64,000 bases of DNA from a virus (taxonomy: Duplodnaviria > Caudoviricetes), in the IMG/VR virus record IMGVR_UViG_2912838376_000002, positions 180,830-244,829 of that record; one strand, 5' to 3'. The notes beneath the pieces were generated by a model. That model was not told where the DNA came from and searched no databases. It saw only the letters and a list, made by a program, of their open reading frames with translations. Position numbers and translations under genes: made by a program. This document shows, piece by piece, positions 27,544 through 38,400 of the stretch (its first letter is position 1; every line of letters begins with the position of its first letter).

Positions 27544-29259
27544 ATGCTTTACGAAAATCTTCCTGGTATTAATGTCACGCTTAAAGATGGTGGCTTAATT
27601 ATCCCAGAACGAGGCGGATCAGAGTCGATCCTAATCATCGCTCCATCTCTTGCGAAAGATGCTCCTGAAGAACCAGTATTAATCCGTAGTTCATCTGAAC
27701 TTGTGCAAGCTGGATTCGGTGATTTCTATGTAGCAGGAGAAATTAACCCGATTGCTGCAGAGTGGAAAGCTGCTACTGATGGCGGAGCTAGAATGGTATA
27801 CCTAGTAGCTCTTAAAGAAATCAGCACAGAGCGCGCTACTGAACTTGAGCAATTTGCAATCGATGCTTATGTAGCTGCAGGACACACTTCAGAAGAAGCG
27901 CAAGCTAAGTTTAAAAACGTTTTAGTGGGTACTACAGAAGCAGTTCGTATCCGTCGTAAGTTTATCTATTTCTATGACTTACTAATGAGCGACTTACTTG
28001 ATTTCACTGTAGATCACGTAGTTCTTAAAGGAGTTACGCTTGAGGACGAAGCAACTAACCTAGTTGGTGATTTCTTCCCAGAAGTTCAAAACTCTGAAGA
28101 CTTCCCTTACATCAGTGGAATGGTTACTTCTTCTTATGTAATGGAATCCAATTCTATTGTTTATCCAGTAGAAATTACAACTGGAACTAACGATAAGCTA
28201 GTAGTAAAAGTTGATGGAAAAGATGTAACGTTTACGCTTCCTGCAAAAACTTACAACGGCAGCACACTAACTATTAGTGACTTAGTAAAAGACTTAAAAG
28301 CTGTTATCGATGCAGATCCAACTGGTATCAAAGCTAACGTAAGAGAAGACAGTGGTAAAATCGTTCTTTACTTCGATGCTCCTGCTTCTGTACAAGCTGG
28401 TACAACAGCTACTGGTCTTCAATTAAGTAATCAAGTAGCAACATGGCAAAAAACTAGCTTTGGTGTAATCCACCGCGGTTCATTCGCTCAAACAGTTGCT
28501 GATTATTGTTCTATGAAGACTTTAATGAAGTCAGCTGCTATCGGATATATCGGTGTTAAATCTCCAGTAGATACGAAAGTTTCTACAATCCGCAAATATG
28601 TGGACGAGCTAGCTAAGCTTGACACAGAAATCTCTCCTTACCTTCAAGTAGTAGGGTCTGAAGTTGGAGTAATCATGCCAACAACAAACTCAATGCACTA
28701 TGTAAATGGTGCGACTCACTACGCTGCATTACTTTCAACTCTTCGAAAAGAAAGTGCTCCTACAAACAAACCAATCAAAGGTGTTAAAGCTATCCGCTTT
28801 GACTACTCTCTTCGCCAACTTTCTAAACTGACTAGCAAGAAAATCGTTACATTCCGCTTGAAAGATTCAACTCAACTAGTTGTTACAGATGGAATCACAA
28901 CTGCTCCATCTATCTTTATGGCTGGAAAAGTACGCGAAAGTGACTTCGCTCGCTTATCTACTCTTCGCATTACACAACTAGCAATCCAAGTTGTTCGTGA
29001 AGCAGTAGAACCATTCATTGGTGAAGCGAACGAAATGCCACAGTACAACGCAATGAACACTGCTATCAAGTCAGCATTAGAAAAAATCCGCGAAGCAGGC
29101 GCTATCCAAGGATACAAATTCTCAATAGGTAATCTTGGAGTTTACTTAGATGAAGCAACAGTTAATTTAGAAATCATCCCGGCATTTGAATTACGTCGTG
29201 TAGAAATTCAAGTTAACTTAGCTCCTCCTGAGTACATGCTGCAAAGCCTTGGCCAATAA
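27544..29259 (+). CDS. contractile tail sheath protein
   Basis: LPGINV N-terminus; APTNKPI, DGITT, FIGEAN, LEIIPAFELRRVEI C-terminal sheath domain. Confidence 0.85.
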   Translation: MLYENLPGINVTLKDGGLIIPERGGSESILIIAPSLAKDAPEEPVLIRSSSELVQAGFGDFYVAGEINPIAAEWKAATDGGARMVYLVALKEISTERATELEQFAIDAYVAAGHTSEEAQAKFKNVLVGTTEAVRIRRKFIYFYDLLMSDLLDFTVDHVVLKGVTLEDEATNLVGDFFPEVQNSEDFPYISGMVTSSYVMESNSIVYPVEITTGTNDKLVVKVDGKDVTFTLPAKTYNGSTLTISDLVKDLKAVIDADPTGIKANVREDSGKIVLYFDAPASVQAGTTATGLQLSNQVATWQKTSFGVIHRGSFAQTVADYCSMKTLMKSAAIGYIGVKSPVDTKVSTIRKYVDELAKLDTEISPYLQVVGSEVGVIMPTTNSMHYVNGATHYAALLSTLRKESAPTNKPIKGVKAIRFDYSLRQLSKLTSKKIVTFRLKDSTQLVVTDGITTAPSIFMAGKVRESDFARLSTLRITQLAIQVVREAVEPFIGEANEMPQYNAMNTAIKSALEKIREAGAIQGYKFSIGNLGVYLDEATVNLEIIPAFELRRVEIQVNLAPPEYMLQSLGQ

Positions 29260-29330
29260 GAACCATTGATAAGAAGAGGGGAATCAACGCCCCTCTCTTA
29301 CATAAAAGAATAACAGGAGGTTACTAACCT

Positions 29331-29933
29331 ATGAGTACAACAGCTTCTCGCTATAGCAAAACATTCACTACTTACGGTGGATCAGACATCGTATGTACAT
29401 TTAATGGACAGGTAGTTGGTCAATTACAAGCTATTACTTACTCAGTTACTCGTGAAAAAGGTCCTGTGTATGTAATGGGTGACCCAAACCCAAAATCTTT
29501 CTCTCGTGGTAAACGTGGTATCGCAGGAAGTTTAGTATTTACTATCTTCGACCGTGATGCACTGTTCAACCTTAAACAACAAGCTACTGTTCACCGTCAT
29601 GGTTTAAACCAAACGGATGCACTTGCTAGTAGCACTACTCAAGTTTTAGATGTAGATGCAAACGCTGCAGCTTTAACTCAACGTAATGACCTTGTACAAG
29701 GATGGCAGACAAAACGTAAAGCCAACTTCATCGACGAAATCCCTCCATTTGATATCACTATCAACTTCCTTAACGAATATGGACAAGCTAGTAAAATGGA
29801 AATCTACGGTGTAGAGATTCTTAATGAAGGAATGGGCTTAAGTGTTGATGACAACACTACAGAAAAAGCTTGTACTTTCATCGCTCGTAACATCGTTGAG
29901 ATGCGTCCACAAGATGATTGGGAAGTAGAATAA
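29331..29933 (+). CDS. tail tube protein
   Basis: Follows the sheath; GQLQAITYS, RGIAGSLVFTIFDR, PPFDITINF. Confidence 0.75.
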   Translation: MSTTASRYSKTFTTYGGSDIVCTFNGQVVGQLQAITYSVTREKGPVYVMGDPNPKSFSRGKRGIAGSLVFTIFDRDALFNLKQQATVHRHGLNQTDALASSTTQVLDVDANAAALTQRNDLVQGWQTKRKANFIDEIPPFDITINFLNEYGQASKMEIYGVEILNEGMGLSVDDNTTEKACTFIARNIVEMRPQDDWEVE

Positions 29934-29941
29934 TAACAACT

Positions 29942-29968
29942 AAAGAGGTGCTTCGGCATCTCTTTTTT
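29942..29968 (+). terminator. intrinsic terminator after the tube gene
   Basis: AAAGAGGTGC-TTCG-GCATCTCTTT followed by a T-run. Confidence 0.85.
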
Positions 29969-29976
29969 GTATTTGG

Positions 29977-30005
29977 TAGCAAAATTATTTTCGAGTGGTT
30001 ATGTT
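29977..30005 (+). promoter_or_regulatory. candidate phage late promoter
   Basis: TAGC-AAAATT-N9-TGGTTA-TG-TT directly after a terminator; same spacing as at 53687. Confidence 0.5.
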
Positions 30006-30038
30006 CCGTTTATAGAAAATAGAAAGGCAGGTGTCTTC

Positions 30039-30536
30039 ATGACAAGTAAATACCAGAAGACTTATACGAGCTTTGCAGGTACGGATATTGTTGCTGTTGT
30101 AACTCCCGAAGGCGGTAAGTCTGTAGTATTAGGTCAATTACAGACAATCTCTTATTCTGTATTTAGACCAACAGCTCCAGTGTATGCCTTAGGACAGATT
30201 GCAGCTAAAGGTGTTGTGCGTGGGGCAAGAACGGTGGCAGGAAGTCTAATCTTCACTGTATTTGACCGTCACGTTTTATATGAAATCATGAGAGAACATA
30301 ATAACAATTCAGGTAATTGTCCTATTAATAAAAGTGATGAACTTCCACCATTCGATATAACGATTAACTTTATGAATGAGTATGGACAGTCTTCAAGATT
30401 AGTAATCTATGGGGTATATCTTATCTCAGAAGGACAAACGATGTCGGTTGAAGACATGATTACGGAAAATACAATGGAGTTCATTGCTTTAGATATAGAC
30501 ACAATGAAACCAGATGTTTTTGATGAAGGGTGGTAA
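30039..30536 (+). CDS. tail tube paralog 2 (tube initiator-like)
   Basis: Clear paralog of 29331..29933 (GQLQTISYS, AGSLIFTVFDR, PPFDITINFMNEYGQ). Confidence 0.75.
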   Translation: MTSKYQKTYTSFAGTDIVAVVTPEGGKSVVLGQLQTISYSVFRPTAPVYALGQIAAKGVVRGARTVAGSLIFTVFDRHVLYEIMREHNNNSGNCPINKSDELPPFDITINFMNEYGQSSRLVIYGVYLISEGQTMSVEDMITENTMEFIALDIDTMKPDVFDEGW

Positions 30537-30541
30537 GAAGT

Positions 30542-31258
30542 ATGAGTGATGGAGCTTACACACCGACAGGTCAATCTAAAAAGGGTTATGCAAATTATTA
30601 CTCAGGAACAGATATTAGAATCTATTTCGGAGACAACTGGATAGATGAAATTGTAGAGATTGAATGGACAATGCAAGAACAACTAGCACCAATCTACGGA
30701 TTTGCTTCATATACATGGGATAAGGTAGCTAGGGGAAATCGTTTTGTTCAGGGTTCTTTTTCTATTAACTTCAAAGAAGCTGGTTATTTACAAACCGTAC
30801 TTAATAGTTTAAGTTCTGAAATGACAGACGAACAAGAGTGGTTCAACCTAGCAGAATTTAACGGTGATGGTGGACAGAGTGCCCACAAAAACACGAAGGT
30901 TGAAGATCTGATAGATAATTTTCAGGCTTTAGCAGATGATTACGAAAATGCACTGTGGGGAACAAACTCTAACTCTTCTAAGTTAATAGATAGTCGTAAA
31001 ACTGATACATTCTTTTATAGCACAAATGAAAATGCAAAAAACAAGGCTTTAAAGGAACATGGTTTCAACATTCTATTAACTTACGGGAATAATCCTTGTG
31101 CTGTTAGAGGAGCAGGAAGCTATAAGACCGCTCAAACAATCGTTGGGGTACAACTAACAGGTGTTTCACAAAGAGTTGATCCATCTGGAAACCCTATTTC
31201 TGAAGTATATACTTTCATTGCAAAAGATATCTCAGGAAATGTACAAAAAGCGTACTAG
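30542..31258 (+). CDS. tail tube paralog 3
   Basis: YSGTDIRI, PIYG, RGNRFVQGSF, YTFIAKDI mirror the tube motifs; alternative GTG start at 30530. Confidence 0.6.
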   Translation: MSDGAYTPTGQSKKGYANYYSGTDIRIYFGDNWIDEIVEIEWTMQEQLAPIYGFASYTWDKVARGNRFVQGSFSINFKEAGYLQTVLNSLSSEMTDEQEWFNLAEFNGDGGQSAHKNTKVEDLIDNFQALADDYENALWGTNSNSSKLIDSRKTDTFFYSTNENAKNKALKEHGFNILLTYGNNPCAVRGAGSYKTAQTIVGVQLTGVSQRVDPSGNPISEVYTFIAKDISGNVQKAY

Positions 31259-31337
31259 GTTAATTACAAGGTTTACATAATAAGATTATAGTAACCTTTA
31301 AATTTTTATATTTATGAGAGAAAGAGGAGGAAACACA

Positions 31338-31781
31338 ATGGCAAAACGTGTTGAAAAAGAAGAAGTTTTTACAGAAGATACGCAAGAAGAAACTCCGGTT
31401 GTTAAAGTAGGAGACAAATTTGATGAAGATGATGTTTCAAAAGCGGAACAAGAAATCTTCCCAGGTGGTCCAACTTATAACGAACTAGAAAAATGGAAGT
31501 CTATGTATGCAGGAGAAGTATACTTGACTGAATTCGATGATGAAAACATTTTTGTATGGCGACCAATTAAGCGTAAAGAGTACAAAGATGTTGCTAAAAT
31601 CCCAAATGCAGATAACTTCTATAAAGAGGAACGTATCTGTGAGAAAGCAGTTCTTTTCCCTGCTAACTACGGTTTCATGCAAATGACAAATGGTAAAGCT
31701 GGTATTCCGACACTATTACACGAATTAGTATTAGAGAAGTCAGGATTCGCAGCTAAAACAGGCGCAATGCGCTTAAGCTAA
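31338..31781 (+). CDS. tail assembly chaperone-like protein 1
   Basis: Between tube and tape-measure genes; FVWRPIKRKEY...AGIPTLL...SGF. Confidence 0.6.
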   Translation: MAKRVEKEEVFTEDTQEETPVVKVGDKFDEDDVSKAEQEIFPGGPTYNELEKWKSMYAGEVYLTEFDDENIFVWRPIKRKEYKDVAKIPNADNFYKEERICEKAVLFPANYGFMQMTNGKAGIPTLLHELVLEKSGFAAKTGAMRLS

Positions 31782-31787
31782 AAGCTA

Positions 31788-31815
31788 AGGAGGCGTAATA
31801 TCGCCTCCTATTTTT
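31788..31815 (+). terminator. intrinsic terminator or attenuator between the chaperone genes
   Basis: AGGAGGCG-TAATAT-CGCCTCCT followed by ATTTTT. Confidence 0.7.
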
Positions 31816-31834
31816 ATTGTAGGGAGGAAACAAC

Positions 31835-32410
31835 ATGTTAATCGATCCTAATTTATTGAATGACAAGGTAGAAGAATTACCTATTGAATTTGAAACATAT
31901 GAAGAAGTATACTTCAAAGAGCAATTGCGTGTTTGGCATGAGGAACACGGACATATCTTTATGCAAGAAATAAGCGACGTACTATTTTTCTTCCGTGCAT
32001 TAAGCAAAGAAGAACTAAAGATTGCACAGGAAGTATACAACGATGAATATGAACGAACGGAATACATTTGTAAAACTTGCGTTATCGAACCAATTATTGA
32101 AGATTACTCGTTAGATATTTTTGCAGGTGTACCAGAGGTTCTTTGTCGTTCTATTTTAGAAGAATCGGGATATACAAAGGCACAAAAAGTTAAGATCATG
32201 ATAGCTAGATGGGAAAAACATATGGAGGATTCAGAAAACCAACTTCCATTAGTAATAAAAGAAGCATTTCAAGATATCCCATTAAGCGAAATAGAATCAT
32301 GGCCAATGGCTAAAACAGCAGAGTATTATGTTAAAGCTAAATGGTTACTAGAAAATCTACGTGGATTACAATTAGTGAATGAAGCAGATATGCAACAACA
32401 GCAACAGTAA
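31835..32410 (+). CDS. tail assembly chaperone-like protein 2 (paralog of 1 with C-terminal extension)
   Basis: FFFRALSKEEL...AGVPEVL...SGY aligns with chaperone 1. Confidence 0.6.
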   Translation: MLIDPNLLNDKVEELPIEFETYEEVYFKEQLRVWHEEHGHIFMQEISDVLFFFRALSKEELKIAQEVYNDEYERTEYICKTCVIEPIIEDYSLDIFAGVPEVLCRSILEESGYTKAQKVKIMIARWEKHMEDSENQLPLVIKEAFQDIPLSEIESWPMAKTAEYYVKAKWLLENLRGLQLVNEADMQQQQQ

Positions 32411-32424
32411 GGTGGTGAATAAGT

Positions 32425-35400
32425 ATGGCTGATAAACGCTATACGGGTGAAGAGAAAGAGAAGAGTCATCTGCTTAGTAATATAGCAAAAACAGGTTCCC
32501 TTATCGGTGGAGGAGTAATGGCTTACCGTAACCGAGCAATGATAGGTAAAGCTATGTCTGATTTATCTAGTAATGCAGCGGTCACTGGAAGTAGGGTATT
32601 AAGTAAGGATGGACATGCATACAGTGCTTTATCCGATGCTAAAGTATTTATGAAAGGAATATCAGACGCTCTTGGTGACAACCCATCTGTTATTAGAACA
32701 TTACGTGGTGGGTTCGATAGTAATATACAGGAGAAAATGCATAAAAACTTCGAAGCTTCTGTCCGTAACAGTATCAAGAAGAGACAAATGCTTACGAATC
32801 GCCCAGGTCAAAATAATACAGAATTCGTTAGTCGTTACTATAAAGAATTCCACAAAAGAAACATGGGTGGTCTGAATAAGTTTGAATATGCTGCTACTCA
32901 ATCATTCCGTCAAAATAAAATCCTTGAAAACCTACGAAAACAATCCTCTATTAAAAACAATGGTGGGGACAAGATTCTTAATGCTCTTACCCATTACCAC
33001 AATCAAAATAAAGGTATTTTCAACAGTCCTGCTGATCACGTTGATGACTTCATAAAGCAACTTGAGGATGGGAAGTACGCTCATAAGGTTAAATTCCAAG
33101 ATGATTCACAACGAAATGCATTTCAGAAACAAATGCTTCAGACTCTTGAACAGTATAAAGATACTAAAAAAGTATTTGAAGGGAATAAAGGCTCAATCCT
33201 ATCTCAAGCGAAAGCGATGGAGACTGCTTCTGCTTATGGTTTCATTCAAGATGCACTCAAGCAAACTGATGTATTAAGTACTCAATTTAAGAAAAAAGGG
33301 TTTAATCATACTACGTTAAAAGATGCTGAGAAGTTTGACATAGCTACTAAACGTAAATATGGATTAATTGTTGATGATATTGATGAAAAAGGAAATGAAA
33401 AGTCTATTGATGTTACTAAGGAGTTAAGAAAATTCTTAGACAACAACAAGCATAATGACGATTTAAATGCACTGTTAGGTAAAAAGGGAATATCTTTTAA
33501 CTTTGAAGATATGATTCTTGATAAGAATTTATACACTCATGCAAAAACAGGTGAGATGATAGATAACCGACATTTAAAATCCGGTGCTGTTAGTGCAATA
33601 GATTCTTTCCAAGAAAGTGTTAAGGTTCCGTTCCTTAATATTAACCCGGTTGATTTAACACCTTGGCAAGCATTCCGTTCTGGTCAAGCAAAAGAGGGGC
33701 TTCAAGTATTAGGTGCTGGACAGGTTCATGGTTTTGTAAGGAACTTAGGCGAGCAATCTTTTGATGGGGTAGCTAAAGCAACTCAAGAAGGAGCTATCCG
33801 AAACCCTCTAAAGAATAGTGATCATTTCTATACTGGTGGAAATGTTTTTCGTTATACAGAAACAGGTGGGCTAGATTTAGTTGATGAAGGCCTGTACTTA
33901 GCTCCATCACAATTTGGTGCATTCTCACGTATGCATAAAAACATGACTAACTACAGTGAGAAAGATGTAATAGACGAACGCGGATGGGTTAAGAAACTAT
34001 TCGATGTTGGATATCAGGAAAATGAAAGCCGAGCAGAAACATACAGAAAAGCATGGGATAAGCTTGCAGATCCAATGTACGGACCAAATGCATTAAGAGG
34101 TTTAGTATATGATTTACATACCTCTAAAGAAAACCAGTCAGATATGATTCGTGATGTTTACAATGTAATGCGTGTTGGTATGGATAAGAGCGCAACAAGT
34201 CTTACTCGTGAAGCTACAGAAGTTCTTTCTCCTCACGTAAACAAGTTATTCGATCATATCAAAGTAAATGGAGAAGCCTTCGACTTTGCTAGATTAACTG
34301 ATGACGACTATGTAAAAGATGCAGCTCTTGTATTTAATAAAGAACTTAAAAATCAATCATCTAACATAGGAATGTACAAGTCTCATACTCGTTCTGTATA
34401 CAATGAAGACTTGTCAGGTAGGGATGCTTTAAAACATTATGAGGATCCATCTGTTAAAGAATTAGGAAGATGGACGCAGAAATACATCAATGACCCTGAA
34501 GGATTTAATTCCTCAAGGGAAGCAGCAGTCGATAAAAACCTACCATCTTTAATGGAATTTATGGTTCCTACATTTGGTGATGATGCAGCACTTATTCCTG
34601 CAACTGAAAAACTTCGACGTTCATTCCATCAATATGCTTTAAGGGCATTAGATAATGAAGCAGGAGACTTTGCTCCGGATGTCGTTAAAAATGGAGCAAG
34701 AAAAAGAAGTTCTCTTGCGTATTTAATCGATGCAAGAAACAAAGGTATTCTATCTGAATCAGATGTAAAGAATGCGAAGGACTTAGAAACATTAACTGAC
34801 ATTTTAGGTTATGACAATATCCACAATATTGATGCAAGACCTCGTGAAGCGAAGACATTCCTTGAGGATGTAATGAACATCCATAAAGGCGATGTTGGTT
34901 ATGACGATACTAAGCTAATGTTTGAAAGCGGCGGAGTTAGTCTAAATGGCTTTGGTCAAGACCTTCAAGAAGGTATTTTGCGTGCTCAACCTATTACAGG
35001 TAGGGCCCCAGAAGCAGGAAAACCTTCTCCTAACGGTGCAGACTTCATCATCATGCGTAAAAGTGGATTAGGTAAAGCTGGTAAGGAAATCGTATCAGAG
35101 TTAAACATAAACAACCTAAAAAATTATGGTCCAATTGATGATGGTTGGGATCTTGCGATTAATACAGAAATGTATGCAAGAAACGCTTCCTCAACATTAG
35201 TTCAACAAGGTCTAGCAGTTTCAAAAGAGATGTTAGCAGGAAGACACATTAATGGAGATTCCTTAGAAAATGTAACTACTTCAACTGCTATTATGTACGG
35301 ATTAGCAGAGCGTCTAGATAACCAGTTAGGTAACTTCGGATTGAGTTTATCTCAGAAGAATCTAGGTTCTTTCCAAAGTATTATCGGCAATCAATACTTA

Positions 35401-38400
35401 CGTCGTATTGTTCTTCCATACGCAGCATACCAACAAGCTGTTTACTTTGATGGATTAACAGGAGATACGGTTAGTGATACAGCTGCAGATGCATACGTTA
35501 ATACTCATACAACTCTTCAAAGTATTAAAGAAGGACTTGGTATTAATAAGGCATTACGTCCTTGGGCAAATGTATTTAAAAATGCAGGTGCTGACCAAGT
35601 AGGAGAATGGCTGGGAGTTAAGCAATTAGACTTCTTAACATTTGGCATGTTTAGTGATTTCCGTAGCGGTGAAGACACTAGAGAGTATTATGAATCTGGT
35701 GAAGATGCAATCCGTAAAAATAGATACTGGGGAATCGGTTCTCCTTCTCCTTGGGCTGGTGGAGGAATCGACCACTTTGAAGCCAACTGGTATCGTAAAT
35801 TAAAGTCTGATTACAAATTTACAGACACTATGTATGGTAGTGAAAGTGAATATTGGGCGAATAACTGGATGCCTACCTTAACTCATCCGTTTGCTCCTAT
35901 TAAACACTTCTTAACAGACCCTTATCATTATGAAAATAAACATGAATTAGACAGACCATATGCAATCACTGGTGGTTTTAGTGAACTACAAAACATTCCT
36001 ATCGTAGGTAATCTTATTGATGGTACAGTTGGACGAATCCTAAAACCTCGTAAAGAACACAAGGGGTTAGAAAAAGCGCATGAAGAATACATTTCTTCTA
36101 TTAACCAATACATCCAAGATAAATACAGTCCAGTTAAGGATGGTTCTTATGTAGGTATTTCTGGAACAGGTGCAGTCACGCAGTACAATATGTATGCCGA
36201 TCAAGGGACAGGCGATTACTTTGGAGGTTCAGCAGCTAACTATGGTGCTGATGCTGGTATTGTTAACTACGGTAATGGAATTACACCTGCTTACAAAACA
36301 AACGTTGCTGGTGGTGGAATAGGAGGCCCTGTAGGTGATATAGGAGGCTCAGGTGGAACCGCAGTAGGTGGAAGTCTTATTGGTAGGGGCATGAGTGGTG
36401 CTACAAGAGCTCAAAACATTCTAGCTGAACAAAACTATGCACTTGCTCAAATGGGTGATGGTGTAGAAGCTGGAACAGTTAACAGCTTAATGAAACTTAG
36501 AAACATGGGGATCCCTCAGGATCTTGACAGTATTGGTCAACTTGATAATTTAACAGGTTTGCTTAAAGACGGATTCTACAGTGCATCCGAGTTAGGTGGT
36601 ATCTATGGTTTCTTAACAAAAACAGGAATTGGATATGAAGAGTCATGGCGTGGAACAACACTTGCTCCATCAACATTAATGACTTCTCCAAGTCGTGCTT
36701 TTTGGGATATGAACCTTGGTGGTGCCGGTGGTGCACTATCGGAGATTGGTCGTCGTTATGTTCCTCGTGACCCTAACAAAGATTATTATTCTCCAATTCG
36801 AAATACAATGCCTGAATGGTTGCCAGGTATAGACTCATCAACAGATTTCTTACATGGTGATCCATATACGAAAATACAGAAGGGTGAAATAAGGCTTCCT
36901 GGTAAAGCATATGAAACTCTTTACAAACTTCATCCGGACGGAACTGGTTCTGGTGAATTTGCAAACTATGGTGTGTTTGACCGATTCCGTATCTTAGCAG
37001 ATATCGATCCTGATAGTGAACAGTACAAAGTAGCTAAGCATCAAATCTCATTACTACGTCAATCTGGTGGTCTTACAGAAGATATGGCCAAAGAAGTTGA
37101 GGAGATTAAGCAACAGGTTCACGATAAACAGGACACATATCACTGGTACGATAAGAAGTTTTCAAATGCTGATATCCAAGAGAAGAATGTAACAATCTCT
37201 AAAGTTATCGATGCAAATACGTTCATGGTTCGAGAGTTCGATGCTCCAATTAAATTAGCTGGTATCAAATTAACACAAAAAGATAACCAAGATGTAATTG
37301 ATTGGATGGGACAGTATTTAAAAGTTGGTGCGAGAGTTAAGATTGGTATTGCCGATGATCCTGTTGCACGAATGAATAATGATACATATGGCTCAATGGA
37401 TGCTGTTGTGTACACGAACCAAAATGAAGAAGGTCGTTTCTGGTTTGAGACGAACAAAGGCCAGTCATTAAATGCTCTTATCGCAAACAGAACTTGGAAG
37501 AATCCAGTTCAGATTAAAGATGATGGCAGCCCAACTTCTACAAGAGCTCTTTATTCAAATGACATGGTAACTGTCGGTAAGTATACTGAAATGTTAACGC
37601 ATGATATTCTCCCTAAAATACCTTTCGTCGGAATCTTAGCTGATAAGTTCTTACAGGTACGTACACCGATTGAAAGTTATAAGAGAGATCAAGTATATGG
37701 TTCAGACTGGAGACCTTGGACACAGCCATATGAAGGCTGGATTAAACCAATGGTAAATACGGTTGCTTCTCAAAACCCACTTATTGCAGGTGCAGAAATG
37801 GCAGCCATTGGTCACCTTTGGGGAAAGACAACAAAAGCTAAAGGTTTAGGACGTGTCGCTGGATTTGCTATCGGTGCCGGACTTTCTACTCTTCGTGTAC
37901 TAGATGAAGGAGCAGGAAGAATTCTTCCGGGCTTAGACAACGTTTGGATTCCACAAGAACGTGAAGACGAACGAGAAATCAATCAGTACTTTGACCGTTT
38001 AAAATACGTTAAGTATCGTGGTCTTTACGAGAAAGCTAGCCAACTTGCTAAAAGTGAAGAGGGCGTAGATGTAGAAGAATTCTTTGATGCTGCAGCAGAA
38101 AAAGGGCGAAAAAACAAAGGCTTAAAACGTTACCTAACAGACAAGAAGAAAACATTGTCGTGGGCTAAAAAAATGGGTTATGGTGACACCGAAGCCGTTA
38201 AATCACAAATCCATGAACTCTCTGGCGAAATAGAAGATATTTCGTCTGCAAAAGAAGCCTATCAAGCAGGTAAGTACACATCTTTAGCTATTAAGTATCG
38301 ACAAGAATATGAAGGTACTCTGTATAGTATGGGTGAAACTGGAGCCTCTGATAGAACATCGTTAATGAGAGCCTTAACACCAAAAGAGCGAGAATACATT

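Noticed and set aside
31740-31835. Programmed -1 frameshift between the tail chaperone genes
   Set aside because: No clear slippery heptamer before the stop; the second gene has its own GGGAGG RBS and is a full paralog
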